Shown here one piece after another: positions 42,930 to 51,607 of a DNA stretch of 64,000 nt (the first letter of the stretch is position 1; each line of letters opens with the position of its first letter). The notes beneath the pieces were generated by a model, which saw nothing but the letters and a program-made list of their open reading frames with translations, was not told where the DNA came from and made no database searches. The stretch covers positions 1,297 to 65,296 of the forward strand of contig CAKPDJ010000002.1 of assembly GCA_934148875.1 (NCBI GenBank), read 5' to 3'. The position numbers and the translations under genes are program-made. Origin of the DNA: an uncultured Bacilli bacterium. Its GTDB lineage: Bacteria > Bacillota_I > Bacilli_A > RF39 > UBA660.

Positions 42930-43514
42930 ATGGATGTGGAGTTTAAAAATAAAAACTTTAGAGTTAGAGCATATTATAAGGATAATATAATCTATATAAA
43001 TGCTGAAGATACTGCTAGAGAATTTGGATTTATTAAAAATAATAGAATAGATATAAATAAACTAAATAGATATGCAATAGAATTTGGATATCCAAAGGTA
43101 GAAGAATATATAGAGGAAACCTTATTTTTAATGTTAGGTATGAGAGCAGAAAAGAAAGAAGCTAAGGATTTTCAATTGTGGGTAGCGACAGAGATAATGC
43201 CAGCGCTAAGAAAAGGAGATAGTGAAGAAATTCAAAAATTAAGTATGACCTTTATAGAAACTACCGAGAAAGCAAAGCAACAGTTTAAGCCTACTCATAA
43301 GACTAAGCTTTATTATAACAAGCTAATAAAACAGCTTACTAATAATAAAAAAGAGCAGGAGATAGTTAAAAGCTGGGTATTTGCAACATTAAATGCACGT
43401 AAATGGGAAGATATATCTGTAAATGATCATGATAAAGTAATAGAAATAATAAAGACTGTAGCAGCATTAATAACTACTAAAGAAGAACAAATAACTTTTT
43501 TAAAGGAGAAATAA
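42930..43514 (+). CDS. Bro-N/antirepressor-like protein
   Basis: N-terminal FRVRAYYKDNIIYINAEDTAREFGF...ETLFLMLGMRAEKKEAKDFQLWVATEIMPALRK resembles the Bro-N domain. Confidence 0.55.
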   Translation: MDVEFKNKNFRVRAYYKDNIIYINAEDTAREFGFIKNNRIDINKLNRYAIEFGYPKVEEYIEETLFLMLGMRAEKKEAKDFQLWVATEIMPALRKGDSEEIQKLSMTFIETTEKAKQQFKPTHKTKLYYNKLIKQLTNNKKEQEIVKSWVFATLNARKWEDISVNDHDKVIEIIKTVAALITTKEEQITFLKEK

Positions 43515-43515
43515 T

Positions 43516-43749
43516 ATGGATAATGAAATAAATTTATTAACAATAGCAGCAGACATTGCAGGGAAAGTAGATATAGATAAGGTAGATAAAGACCAATTAA
43601 AATTAAGTGAATATTACATGCAAAGTGATTTAGAGGAATTAAGAAGAATAACTAAAGCCGATAGCGAAGGCTTTAATCCTATTAAAATAAAATTATTACA
43701 AAACATTGCAAAGGAAGCTATAAGATCTATATACATTCTAGGATATTAA
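43516..43749 (+). CDS. Hypothetical protein (77 aa)
   Basis: SD AAAGGAGAAA. Confidence 0.45.
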   Translation: MDNEINLLTIAADIAGKVDIDKVDKDQLKLSEYYMQSDLEELRRITKADSEGFNPIKIKLLQNIAKEAIRSIYILGY

Positions 43750-43765
43750 AAAAGGATGATGCAAA

Positions 43766-44278
43766 ATGGGAAGACGAGTATATGTTAGACAAGTTAATAT
43801 CGAAGAAATCTTAAGAGATTACTATAAAGAAAAAAGACTTATACCAAAGTATCAAGAAAAAATAGAAAATTTAAAACTAGAAGATGAACAACTAGAAAAA
43901 AGATTAAAAAAGAATGACTATACTCTCAGCACCGAATTAACTGCATTAACTATTAGTGAAAAGATACAAGCTAATAGTGAGGGCATTAGTCAACAAGAAA
44001 AAGAAATGTATAAACAATGTCAGTGTATATTAAATAGACAGCAAATAATTTGGGACAAGATAAATGCATATGAAGAAAGAATATTACAGATAAAATTAAA
44101 AGCTAATGATGTAGAAATAGCATTAGAGATACTAAAAGAAGAAGAAAAGCAATTTATAGAATTAAAATACAACAATGAAAAACAATGGCTAGAACTTATG
44201 GAAGAAATGCATATAAGTAAATCAACTGTGAAATATCGGAATGATAAGATAATGAATAAGCTTAAAAAATATTTATAA
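43766..44278 (+). CDS. ArpU / sigma-70 region-4-like late transcriptional regulator
   Basis: C-terminal EEKQFIELKYNNEKQWLELMEEMHISKSTVKYRNDKIMNKL is a sigma region 4-type HTH. Size is typical of the ArpU family. Confidence 0.6.
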   Translation: MGRRVYVRQVNIEEILRDYYKEKRLIPKYQEKIENLKLEDEQLEKRLKKNDYTLSTELTALTISEKIQANSEGISQQEKEMYKQCQCILNRQQIIWDKINAYEERILQIKLKANDVEIALEILKEEEKQFIELKYNNEKQWLELMEEMHISKSTVKYRNDKIMNKLKKYL

Positions 44279-44378
44279 AAATTAATCACAAATTTATAAA
44301 AATATTTTTTAAAAAATGTTCATAAAAAAATAAATTTTTAATATATATTACTATCAAGACAAAAAAGGAGATAGAAAT

Positions 44379-44546
44379 ATGAAATTAAAGATTTATCAAA
44401 CTACAGGAAAGGATAATGCAACTTTAGTTGTTAATGCAACAATTAAGGAACCTATAGTTTTAGAAAAACTAATTCAATTCTGGATTCAACAAGAAAACCT
44501 AGAAGAAGTAACAGTAATGATAAAAAGAGGCGACAAAGATGCCTAA
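44379..44546 (+). CDS. Hypothetical protein (55 aa; not in the ORF track)
   Basis: SD AAAAGGAGATAG. Confidence 0.4.
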   Translation: MKLKIYQTTGKDNATLVVNATIKEPIVLEKLIQFWIQQENLEEVTVMIKRGDKDA

Positions 44547-44712
44547 AATAATTTATATAGTTGATATTTACTATACAGAAGATGGTGAGTTCTATGACTG
44601 TATAGAAACTACCAGTGAAATAACAGCAAGAAATATTTATGCAGAATATGCATCTCAAAGAATGTTTATAGCATATATGCATAAATACGAAAATGGAGTA
44701 AAAATTTATTAA
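44539..44712 (+). CDS. Hypothetical protein (57 aa; not in the ORF track)
   Basis: Overlaps the upstream stop. The antisense track ORF 44452..44682 is rejected. Confidence 0.4.
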   Translation: MPKIIYIVDIYYTEDGEFYDCIETTSEITARNIYAEYASQRMFIAYMHKYENGVKIY

Positions 44713-44732
44713 GTTGTTAAGGAGTTTTATGT

Positions 44733-45629
44733 ATGGAAAATATCATACACTGTTCAGAATGGAAGATTAAACATGTTGATGATAATTTAGAAAAAATAAA
44801 AGAATCTGGATATACAGCAGTCTTGGTTGGACCAGTTCAATATAGCAAAGAAGGACATGAATGGTGGAAACTATACCAACCTTATGGATTTAGTATAGGG
44901 AATAAATTAGGAACTAAAGAAGATTTAGAAAAGCTATGCTATCATGCAAAATTCTTAGGAATAAAAGTAATTGTAGATGTAGTAATAGAACATGTAGCAT
45001 CAGATGAAAAATTGAATTTAGTTCCTCATGAAAAAGTAGATAAAACATTAACATCAAATCATTACTTTTGGAAAGAGGCTATCAAAATAACAAATTGGAA
45101 TGATAGAAGCCAAGTAGTTAATTTATCACCAGGACTTCCTACTATGGATACATCAAATTATGAACTACAAGATATTATTTACAACTTTTTATTAGAACTT
45201 ATAAACATTGGGGTAAATGGAGTAAGAATTGATAGTGCTAAAAATATAAGTTTACCTGAAGAAAACGGAAATCATTTTTACACAAGAGTAATAGGAAATC
45301 TTCCAAAAGATTTTTACGTAATGAGTGAGTTGATATTTATAGATGAAAAACTTCTTAATATGTATTCAAAATATACAAAAGTTCTAACAGAAAACCAAAG
45401 TTATAAAAATAAAAGTAAGTTAGTTACATTTGCAGAATCTCATGATAGTTATTTGGAATTTAAAAGTACAGCTGCATGGGATAAACAAAAATTAATAAAG
45501 AAATATCAAGAGGCTGCTAAAAACAATAATGGTGCCGACCTAATGTTTTATGTAAGGCCCCTTGAAGATAAATGCAATAATTTATGGTGCCACCCAGATA
45601 TTATTGCTGTTAATAAAACAAGATTATAG
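44733..45629 (+). CDS. GH13 alpha-amylase catalytic-domain protein (AmyE-like core; no signal peptide, no C-terminal domains)
   Basis: SD TAAGGAG. GH13 regions GIKVIVDVVIEHVA (I), GVNGVRIDSAKNI (II, nucleophile Asp), YVMSELIF (III, Glu) and LVTFAESHDSY (IV). The N-terminus parallels AmyE (SGYTAVLVGPVQ...WWKLYQPYGFSIGNKLGT). Confidence 0.75.
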   Translation: MENIIHCSEWKIKHVDDNLEKIKESGYTAVLVGPVQYSKEGHEWWKLYQPYGFSIGNKLGTKEDLEKLCYHAKFLGIKVIVDVVIEHVASDEKLNLVPHEKVDKTLTSNHYFWKEAIKITNWNDRSQVVNLSPGLPTMDTSNYELQDIIYNFLLELINIGVNGVRIDSAKNISLPEENGNHFYTRVIGNLPKDFYVMSELIFIDEKLLNMYSKYTKVLTENQSYKNKSKLVTFAESHDSYLEFKSTAAWDKQKLIKKYQEAAKNNNGADLMFYVRPLEDKCNNLWCHPDIIAVNKTRL

Positions 45630-45679
45630 TATAGAATATTAAAAAAAATAAAAAGTGTTACTGAAAGGAGGTGATAAAA

Positions 45680-45922
45680 ATGAAACAAATTTTTAAATCT
45701 CTAGTAACTAGATTGAATAATAAAGGTACTATAGTATCTTTAGCAGCTTTAATAGTAAGTCTATTATGCCAATTTGGACTTAATATTGATAGTGAAAAAA
45801 TATTAACTATAGTACAAACTATCTGTAGCATTTTAATAATTCTAGGATTACTAAATGATCCTACAGATAATACAAAAGGATACATTCCAGGAATTAGTGA
45901 CAAACTTGTAAATAAGGAGTGA
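45680..45922 (+). CDS. Holin
   Basis: The ATG at 45680 has SD AAAGGAGGTGA. Two TM segments (IVSLAALIVSLLCQFGL and ILTIVQTICSILIILGLL). Lies directly upstream of the endolysin. Confidence 0.7.
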   Translation: MKQIFKSLVTRLNNKGTIVSLAALIVSLLCQFGLNIDSEKILTIVQTICSILIILGLLNDPTDNTKGYIPGISDKLVNKE

Positions 45923-45926
45923 TTTT

Positions 45927-46913
45927 ATGGATTGTAAGATAATTGATATCAGTTTTTATCAAGGGAATATTAATTGGGATATCATCAAAAGTTCATATCA
46001 AGGTGTTATTATAAAATCATCACAGTATAACTGGGAAGACACTATGCTAAGAAGCCATATACAGAATTGCATAGATAGAGATATACCATTTGGATTATAT
46101 CACTATTATGGTAATGATTCTATTTCCGCTGGTAATGGAACAGAAGAAGCAAAATTCTTCTTGCAATATATTAATGAATTTAAGGACCACATAAGGCTTA
46201 TGTGTTTCTTAGATATAGAAGCAAGTATGAAAGGTGGAGAATTAGAATGTCTTAATTATTTAATTCAAAATTCTCCAGTTAAAATAGGAATATATAGTGG
46301 AGAATATTTCTATAGAGATAACTTAGCAGCAATTAATCCAGGAGTACCTATATGGATTGCAAATTATAGTAATAAGCCAAACTTAGATATGATAGGTTGG
46401 CAATACAGTTGCACAGAAACTATAGATGGAATAGATGTAGATCATAATGTTTTTAATCAAGAAGTATTTCTTAAAAAGCAAGTCACAAACAATAATTTAG
46501 TAGGAGGTATTTATAAGATGGCAGGAAATATAAATATGAGAGCTAAATACAGAGAAAATGGAGTAGATGTATGGACCAGATGGTATAACATGGATACAGA
46601 ATCATGCACACCATATAAAAATATTACTGGTATAGAAATTTATACAGAGCTTCCATTAAAATGGGGAGTATGCATGAATGAAAAATATATTAATATTGAA
46701 GGTTCAGGTGTAATAGAAGGTTCTGAAATCTATGCATTCCAAGCTTATCTAACAGACCAATCTAAAAAGACTTATTATTGGGTAAGTTCACCAGGAGATG
46801 TAGAAGGATATGAATGGTGGGCAAATAATTGTAAAACAGAAAATATACCTGCTGTATGTGCAAACACTAAAGGATGCAGTCCATTAAATGCTATAAAATT
46901 AAGACTAGGATAA
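45927..46913 (+). CDS. Endolysin: GH25 muramidase + C-terminal binding domain
   Basis: SD AAGGAGTGA. The N-terminus IIDISFYQGNINWDIIK...GLYHY...LDIE...VDHNVF fits the GH25 pattern. About 130 aa of C-terminal domain are uncharacterised. Confidence 0.8.
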   Translation: MDCKIIDISFYQGNINWDIIKSSYQGVIIKSSQYNWEDTMLRSHIQNCIDRDIPFGLYHYYGNDSISAGNGTEEAKFFLQYINEFKDHIRLMCFLDIEASMKGGELECLNYLIQNSPVKIGIYSGEYFYRDNLAAINPGVPIWIANYSNKPNLDMIGWQYSCTETIDGIDVDHNVFNQEVFLKKQVTNNNLVGGIYKMAGNINMRAKYRENGVDVWTRWYNMDTESCTPYKNITGIEIYTELPLKWGVCMNEKYINIEGSGVIEGSEIYAFQAYLTDQSKKTYYWVSSPGDVEGYEWWANNCKTENIPAVCANTKGCSPLNAIKLRLG

Positions 46914-46925
46914 AATACAAGAGGG

Positions 46926-46949
46926 GGAGCCACTAGGCTCCTTCTTTTT
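46926..46949 (+). terminator. Rho-independent terminator
   Basis: GGAGCC-ACTA-GGCTCC followed by a T-rich run. Confidence 0.8.
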
Positions 46950-46991
46950 GTTTATAGTATATTCTAAGTTACTATTTTATATAATAAAGAC

Positions 46992-47231
46992 AGGAGGTGA
47001 TAAAGTGAAATGTAATAAAATAACCTTTACAATCCTACAGTAAGTAGGTTCAAGGTGTGAGCCTACACAGGGCAATAGATTGACAATCCTATAGATGAAT
47101 AGCACCAAGCAAGTGATTAAGCATAGGTAAAATTTTATAAAGTAGCGTAGCAGAATGTTAAAACTGCTATATGGGAAGCTTATAAAGTTGCCTTATTTGA
47201 TGTGTAAAAAATATCAAATAAGGTGTAAAGG
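46992..47231 (+). promoter_or_regulatory. Structured leader: mini-ORF + competing hairpins + SD-sequestering hairpin
   Basis: AGGAGGTGA SD, then GTG 47005 and a 12-codon ORF ending TAA 47041. CCTAC(47034)/GTAGG(47044)/CCTAC(47062) form alternative pairings. ACAATCCTAYAG occurs twice (47029, 47083). An 11-bp stem 47191-47201/47213-47223 covers AAGG of the SD. Confidence 0.45.
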
Positions 47232-47960
47232 TTGATAAATCAAATAAATTTTGAAGGAAAGAATAAAGTAGATATAGCGATAGAAAGATTAAAAGCATTT
47301 GAACCTAAAGAAGGTTACTATGTAGCAATAAGTGGAGGAAAAGATTCTGATGTAATAGTAAAGTTATGCGAGCTTGCTAACGTGAAATATGACTTACATC
47401 ATCAGCATACAACTTTAGATGCTCCACAAACAGTTTATTATATTAGAGATACATATCCTAATTGCGAAATAGATTATCCAGAAACAAGTGCATGGAAGCT
47501 TATTGAAAAGCAAGGGGTTCCTCCTACAAGGTTAATGAGATATTGTTGTAAGATATTAAAAGAGTATGGTGGTGAAGGAAGAACTAAGGTACTAGGTGTG
47601 AGATGGGCTGAAAGCACAGGAAGAAAAAACAATAGAAGAATGACAGAAATGTGTTATAAAAATCATACAGTAACAGTAAATCCAATAATAGACTGGAGCG
47701 AAGCAGAAGTATGGGAATTTCATAGAGAATATGATCTTCCACATAATCCACTATATGATATGGGATATAAAAGAATAGGCTGTATAGGATGTCCACAAAA
47801 AGGTAAGAAAGCTATGCTAGAAGACTTTAAAAGATTTCCTAAATATAAAGAGAATTATTTAAAAGCATTTAATAGAATGTTAAAAGTAAGAAAAGAAAAA
47901 GGATTAGAAACCACATGGAAAAGTGCTGAAGAAGTTTTTGACTGGTGGATAAATTTATAG
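47232..47960 (+). CDS. PAPS-reductase-family PP-loop enzyme (second copy of this superfamily)
   Basis: TTG start 6 nt after AAGGTG. PP-loop YVAISGGKDSDV. CysH-like C-terminus NPIIDWSEAEVWEF...NPLYDMGYKRIGCIGCP. Confidence 0.75.
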   Translation: MINQINFEGKNKVDIAIERLKAFEPKEGYYVAISGGKDSDVIVKLCELANVKYDLHHQHTTLDAPQTVYYIRDTYPNCEIDYPETSAWKLIEKQGVPPTRLMRYCCKILKEYGGEGRTKVLGVRWAESTGRKNNRRMTEMCYKNHTVTVNPIIDWSEAEVWEFHREYDLPHNPLYDMGYKRIGCIGCPQKGKKAMLEDFKRFPKYKENYLKAFNRMLKVRKEKGLETTWKSAEEVFDWWINL

Positions 47961-48533
47961 TGTATATTTTCCAATAAATTAGTTATAATAATATGTGTAA
48001 GATATAAAACCTAAAAAGAACGTTGGTAACGATTATCTTACAAGTATGTTTTTTAAAGTTAGCTGCAGATATACTTTAAATAACTAATAATTATAAATTA
48101 CGAGAAACTATATTTCACTTCTAGGAACCCGAAGCGCATTTGTGCTAGTTTTATACTGCTAGCAAAAATTATAGGCTCTTAACAAGAGCTTATCCACAAA
48201 AAAATAATATTTAAATTAATGCACTAGTATATGTATTATGGACAATAGTATATGTAATTAAAACTTTATAAAAATGAGTCAGGGGACAACAAGTCTCCAT
48301 TATCCGTCAGGATAAAAAACATTACTTAAAAAATAAGGTAGGAACAAACAACCAATCTTAACTAATTTAAAATAATATCTTTAATAAAGCTGGACATTAA
48401 AGATAAATAACTAAAAGGGAGGGAAACCTTCCTACACACAATATATAAAACCAGCCTTACTGTGTTAAAAAAGGAGGGAAACCACAAAAATTTTACATTA
48501 TAAAATTGCCTTTCAAAATAGCAGTAAGAAAAG

Positions 48534-48594
48534 AAGACTTAGGAATGGAACATAACACCCGGGATTATGTTTTTATTTTCTAAGTCTTTTTTTT
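48534..48594 (+). terminator. Compound terminator (nested stems) closing the ORF-free 47.96-48.6 kb region
   Basis: The outer stem is AAGACTTAG/CTAAGTCTT and the inner stem AACATAA/TTATGTT, followed by T8. Confidence 0.7.
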
Positions 48595-48623
48595 AGTACT
48601 AAAAAGTTAAAAAAGTACATATA
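48591..48623 (+). promoter_or_regulatory. Promoter-like element copy (AGTACT-N17-CATATA)
   Basis: TTTTAGTACTAAAAAGTTAAAAAAGTACATATA, ~25 nt upstream of the SD of 48654. Confidence 0.55.
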
Positions 48624-48653
48624 TATTACTAAACCAATAAAAAAGGAGTTAGT

Positions 48654-48791
48654 ATGAAAGGACAAGTAGCTTTTAGTACTAAAGAAAAAACTTTACTAGA
48701 GATAAGAGAAACAGCAGAAAATATTTTAAAAACATTAGATAAGCTAAGTGAAAAAATAAATAAATTAGAGGAGGGGTATAAGAAATTATGA
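48654..48791 (+). CDS. Small coiled-coil protein (45 aa; not in the ORF track), coupled to the patatin gene
   Basis: SD AAAAGGAG. ATGA overlap with 48788. Confidence 0.45.
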   Translation: MKGQVAFSTKEKTLLEIRETAENILKTLDKLSEKINKLEEGYKKL

Positions 48792-49573
48792 GAGCTATAG
48801 TATTAGGGGGAGGCGGGAGCCTTGGAGCATACCAAATAGGAGTATGGAGAGCACTTAAAGAGCTAGGCTATAAATACGATATGGTAATAGGAACATCTAT
48901 TGGTGCTGTTAATGGAGCATTGATGGCTCAAGGATTAGACACATATGATTACGCAAAAGAACTTTGGGATAATATTACTATAGAAGATATTACAAATGAT
49001 GATATAGAAATGTATATGAATTTCACAGATCTATTTAATACAATAAAATCATTTGCATCTATAATGAAAGTTTTAAAATACAACTTTAAAACTTTAGGAG
49101 CAGATACAACAAACTTTAAAGAATTTTTAGAAGATAACCTAAATGTAAAAGCAATATATAATTCAGACATACAATTTGCACTAAATACAATTAATATTAC
49201 TATTCCGGGAATAGTAAAAAAGACAACAAAACAGATACCAAGAGAAAAGCTAATAGATTATATTATAGCAAGTTGTAGTGCAACACCAGTATTACAACCA
49301 CATAAAATAGGAATGTGCAAGTATATAGATGGAGGATATGCAGATAACTTAGCAATAGATTATGCTAGAGAACTTGGAGCAACAGAAATACTTGCAGTAG
49401 ATTTATGCTATCTAAAACCAACTCATCAGGAAGAGATGAATGCAAAAGATGTAACTTATATATTTCCATCAGAAAGCCTTGGTAGCTTCTTTAGCTTCAA
49501 CAAAAATGAAATGCTAAGAAATCAAGATATAGGATACAAAGATGCATATAATAAATTACTTTTGTATAAATAA
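48788..49573 (+). CDS. Patatin-like phospholipase
   Basis: Motifs LGGGGSLGAYQIG (oxyanion GGGxxG), IGTSIGAVNG (GxSxG) and YIDGGYADN (catalytic Asp). Confidence 0.85.
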   Translation: MRAIVLGGGGSLGAYQIGVWRALKELGYKYDMVIGTSIGAVNGALMAQGLDTYDYAKELWDNITIEDITNDDIEMYMNFTDLFNTIKSFASIMKVLKYNFKTLGADTTNFKEFLEDNLNVKAIYNSDIQFALNTINITIPGIVKKTTKQIPREKLIDYIIASCSATPVLQPHKIGMCKYIDGGYADNLAIDYARELGATEILAVDLCYLKPTHQEEMNAKDVTYIFPSESLGSFFSFNKNEMLRNQDIGYKDAYNKLLLYK

Positions 49574-49636
49574 TAAGAATAAGGGTATAATAAAAAAAGA
49601 ATACCGAAGTGCATTAAATTAAAGCAATTTAAAAAG

Positions 49637-49659
49637 GGAGCCAAAAAGGCTCCTTTTTT
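49637..49659 (+). terminator. Rho-independent terminator
   Basis: GGAGCC-AAAAA-GGCTCC followed by T6. Confidence 0.85.
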
Positions 49660-49725
49660 ATTTTAATAAATATTGTATATATAAGAAAATAACGGTTAAA
49701 ATAATACTAAAAGGAAGGTGAGGAA

Positions 49726-49944
49726 ATGAAAACAATAAGTACAGGAGAACCATCAAATTTAGAAACATATAGAAATATAGCTTTAGCATTAACAGGAAAT
49801 AAAAATAGTAAGGCTGTAAAATTTTTTGATAAAAAGATACAAGAGAGCCCAAATAAAGAAAAAGAAGAAGTAATAGCAGATGAAAGTCAAATGATGTATT
49901 TAATACTAACACTAATAAAGGAGGATTTTAATGATATATTATAG
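49726..49944 (+). CDS. Hypothetical protein (72 aa)
   Basis: SD AAAGGAAGGTGAGG. Confidence 0.45.
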   Translation: MKTISTGEPSNLETYRNIALALTGNKNSKAVKFFDKKIQESPNKEKEEVIADESQMMYLILTLIKEDFNDIL

Positions 49945-50278
49945 ACATAAAGAAACAGGCTTTCTTATAAGCCATAAAGATTTAAAAGAAAAATATAATG
50001 AAGTAAAAGAGGAATTAGAAAGTAATGAAGTTGTGAGTTTTAGAAGATATAACTTAAATACTGATAAACCTGATAGATTTGCATATGGATTGCTAGAGAT
50101 ACCATTCAGTGATGATTTTGAAATATTAATAAATGATGAAAATTTAGAAACAACAGATTATATTAGGCTTATGAATATTTTAGAAAGTTCTATAATTACA
50201 GATCATGATTTAATTGAAAAAATTAGACCTATAATTCAAAAGAAGATTAAAGTAGAAAAAATATTAAATATTTTTTAA
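49931..50278 (+). CDS. Hypothetical protein (115 aa)
   Basis: SD AAGGAGGAT. Overlaps the upstream gene. Confidence 0.45.
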   Translation: MIYYRHKETGFLISHKDLKEKYNEVKEELESNEVVSFRRYNLNTDKPDRFAYGLLEIPFSDDFEILINDENLETTDYIRLMNILESSIITDHDLIEKIRPIIQKKIKVEKILNIF

Positions 50279-50321
50279 AGATTAAATTAATAATCAATAA
50301 ATATCCAGGAGGGAAATAATA

Positions 50322-50912
50322 ATGAGTAAAGGATATGAAAGCTTAGTACATAAAGTAAAGATAGATTGTGATAATGGAGAAGGATGTTTTAATCCTAATG
50401 GATGTAATCATGAATTTACTAGAATAGTACCAGCAGAAGGTGAGGATAAAAAATTTTTTAATACAATTTGTAAACATATATCAAAGTGTGAACATAAGTA
50501 CTGTGATAAATTCAAATGGATTATAGATAGAGCCAAACATTACGCAGAAAAAACCGGATTGGATTGGGAAGAAATATTAGATTCATGGGAAGAAGATTGT
50601 GATTATTGGTATATGAATTACTATCAAGATGCAAATCAACCATTAATTGAAGGTGATAATGTAAGAGTATTTGAAACGGTAAATGATTTATTAGAAGCTA
50701 TAGAAGATAGAAAATTTAGATGTCCTAGTTGTGGGAAAATTTCAACTGATCCTTATGAATGCAATAGTGGAGCAAAGATGAATAATGAAGAAGTATGCAA
50801 TTGGAAAGTTTATGGTTTATTTGGGGATTTAGGAAAAGGTGCATTTGTTTATTGTAAGGACAAGAAAAAAGGTGAAAAAATCTTTATGCCAATTGCGTGG
50901 GAGAAAAAGTAA
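50322..50912 (+). CDS. Cys-rich protein (196 aa)
   Basis: SD CAGGAGGGAAA. Cys clusters CDNGEGC...CNHE...CEHKYC and CPSCG...CN...CNWK. Confidence 0.5.
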   Translation: MSKGYESLVHKVKIDCDNGEGCFNPNGCNHEFTRIVPAEGEDKKFFNTICKHISKCEHKYCDKFKWIIDRAKHYAEKTGLDWEEILDSWEEDCDYWYMNYYQDANQPLIEGDNVRVFETVNDLLEAIEDRKFRCPSCGKISTDPYECNSGAKMNNEEVCNWKVYGLFGDLGKGAFVYCKDKKKGEKIFMPIAWEKK

Positions 50913-51292
50913 TGAAATTAAACATAGAACAAGTATTAAATAAATTAGTAGAAGATAAAGTAATAGATTTAAATAATCCTAGCTGCAGTAATTGCAATGA
51001 GTGTTGCAGTATATTAACAATGATAACAGAAGAGGAATATAAATTTTATAAATCATATTTCAATAAACATAAAGATATTTTGAAAGCTGCTAAAGAAAGA
51101 AGAAGAAAACTAGAAATAAAAACAAAATCTATAAGTTGGATGTGTCCTTTTTCAACTAATACTAAAAGATGCAGTATATATAATATAAGACCTAAAACAT
51201 GTAGAGAATTTCATTGTAAAAAAGAATTAAATAAATTTAATAAAGATGATATTCAATATACTAAACATCATACTATTAAAGATTTATTATAA
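50912..51292 (+). CDS. YkgJ/UPF0153-like Zn/Fe-chelating cysteine-cluster protein
   Basis: CSNCNECCS (CxxCxxCC) plus CPF...RCSIYNIRPKTCREFHC. The ATG at 50912 overlaps the upstream TAA. Confidence 0.6.
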   Translation: MKLNIEQVLNKLVEDKVIDLNNPSCSNCNECCSILTMITEEEYKFYKSYFNKHKDILKAAKERRRKLEIKTKSISWMCPFSTNTKRCSIYNIRPKTCREFHCKKELNKFNKDDIQYTKHHTIKDLL

Positions 51293-51304
51293 GGAGTTGA
51301 ATTA

Positions 51305-51574
51305 ATGTTTAAATTTATAAAGAAACTATTTAAGAAAAAAGAACCAGAAGAGGATCCTAACATTATTATAGAAGATGAAGAAAAAGCAAAGCAGGAAATA
51401 ATATATACTATAGATAAACATAGAGAAGAAAAAATAAGATTAAATTATAGAACTATAATGTTAACTGGAAAGACTATAGAGCAGCTAATAGAACCATTAA
51501 CTAATATAAAAATAGATTATACAAAAGTACACATAGATTATATTACAATAAAACATAAAGAAATAGAAAAATAA
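51305..51574 (+). CDS. Hypothetical protein (89 aa)
   Basis: SD TAAGGAGTT. Confidence 0.45.
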   Translation: MFKFIKKLFKKKEPEEDPNIIIEDEEKAKQEIIYTIDKHREEKIRLNYRTIMLTGKTIEQLIEPLTNIKIDYTKVHIDYITIKHKEIEK

Positions 51575-51607
51575 TATAGATATATTTATTTAATAAGGAG
51601 AAAGCCA

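Noticed and set aside
46992-47231. preQ1, SAM (S-box) or T-box riboswitch upstream of the PP-loop enzyme.
   Set aside because: The sequence lacks the preQ1-I A-rich tail/ACUAAGG arrangement, the S-box four-way junction consensus and the T-box motif. It is kept only as an unclassified structured leader.
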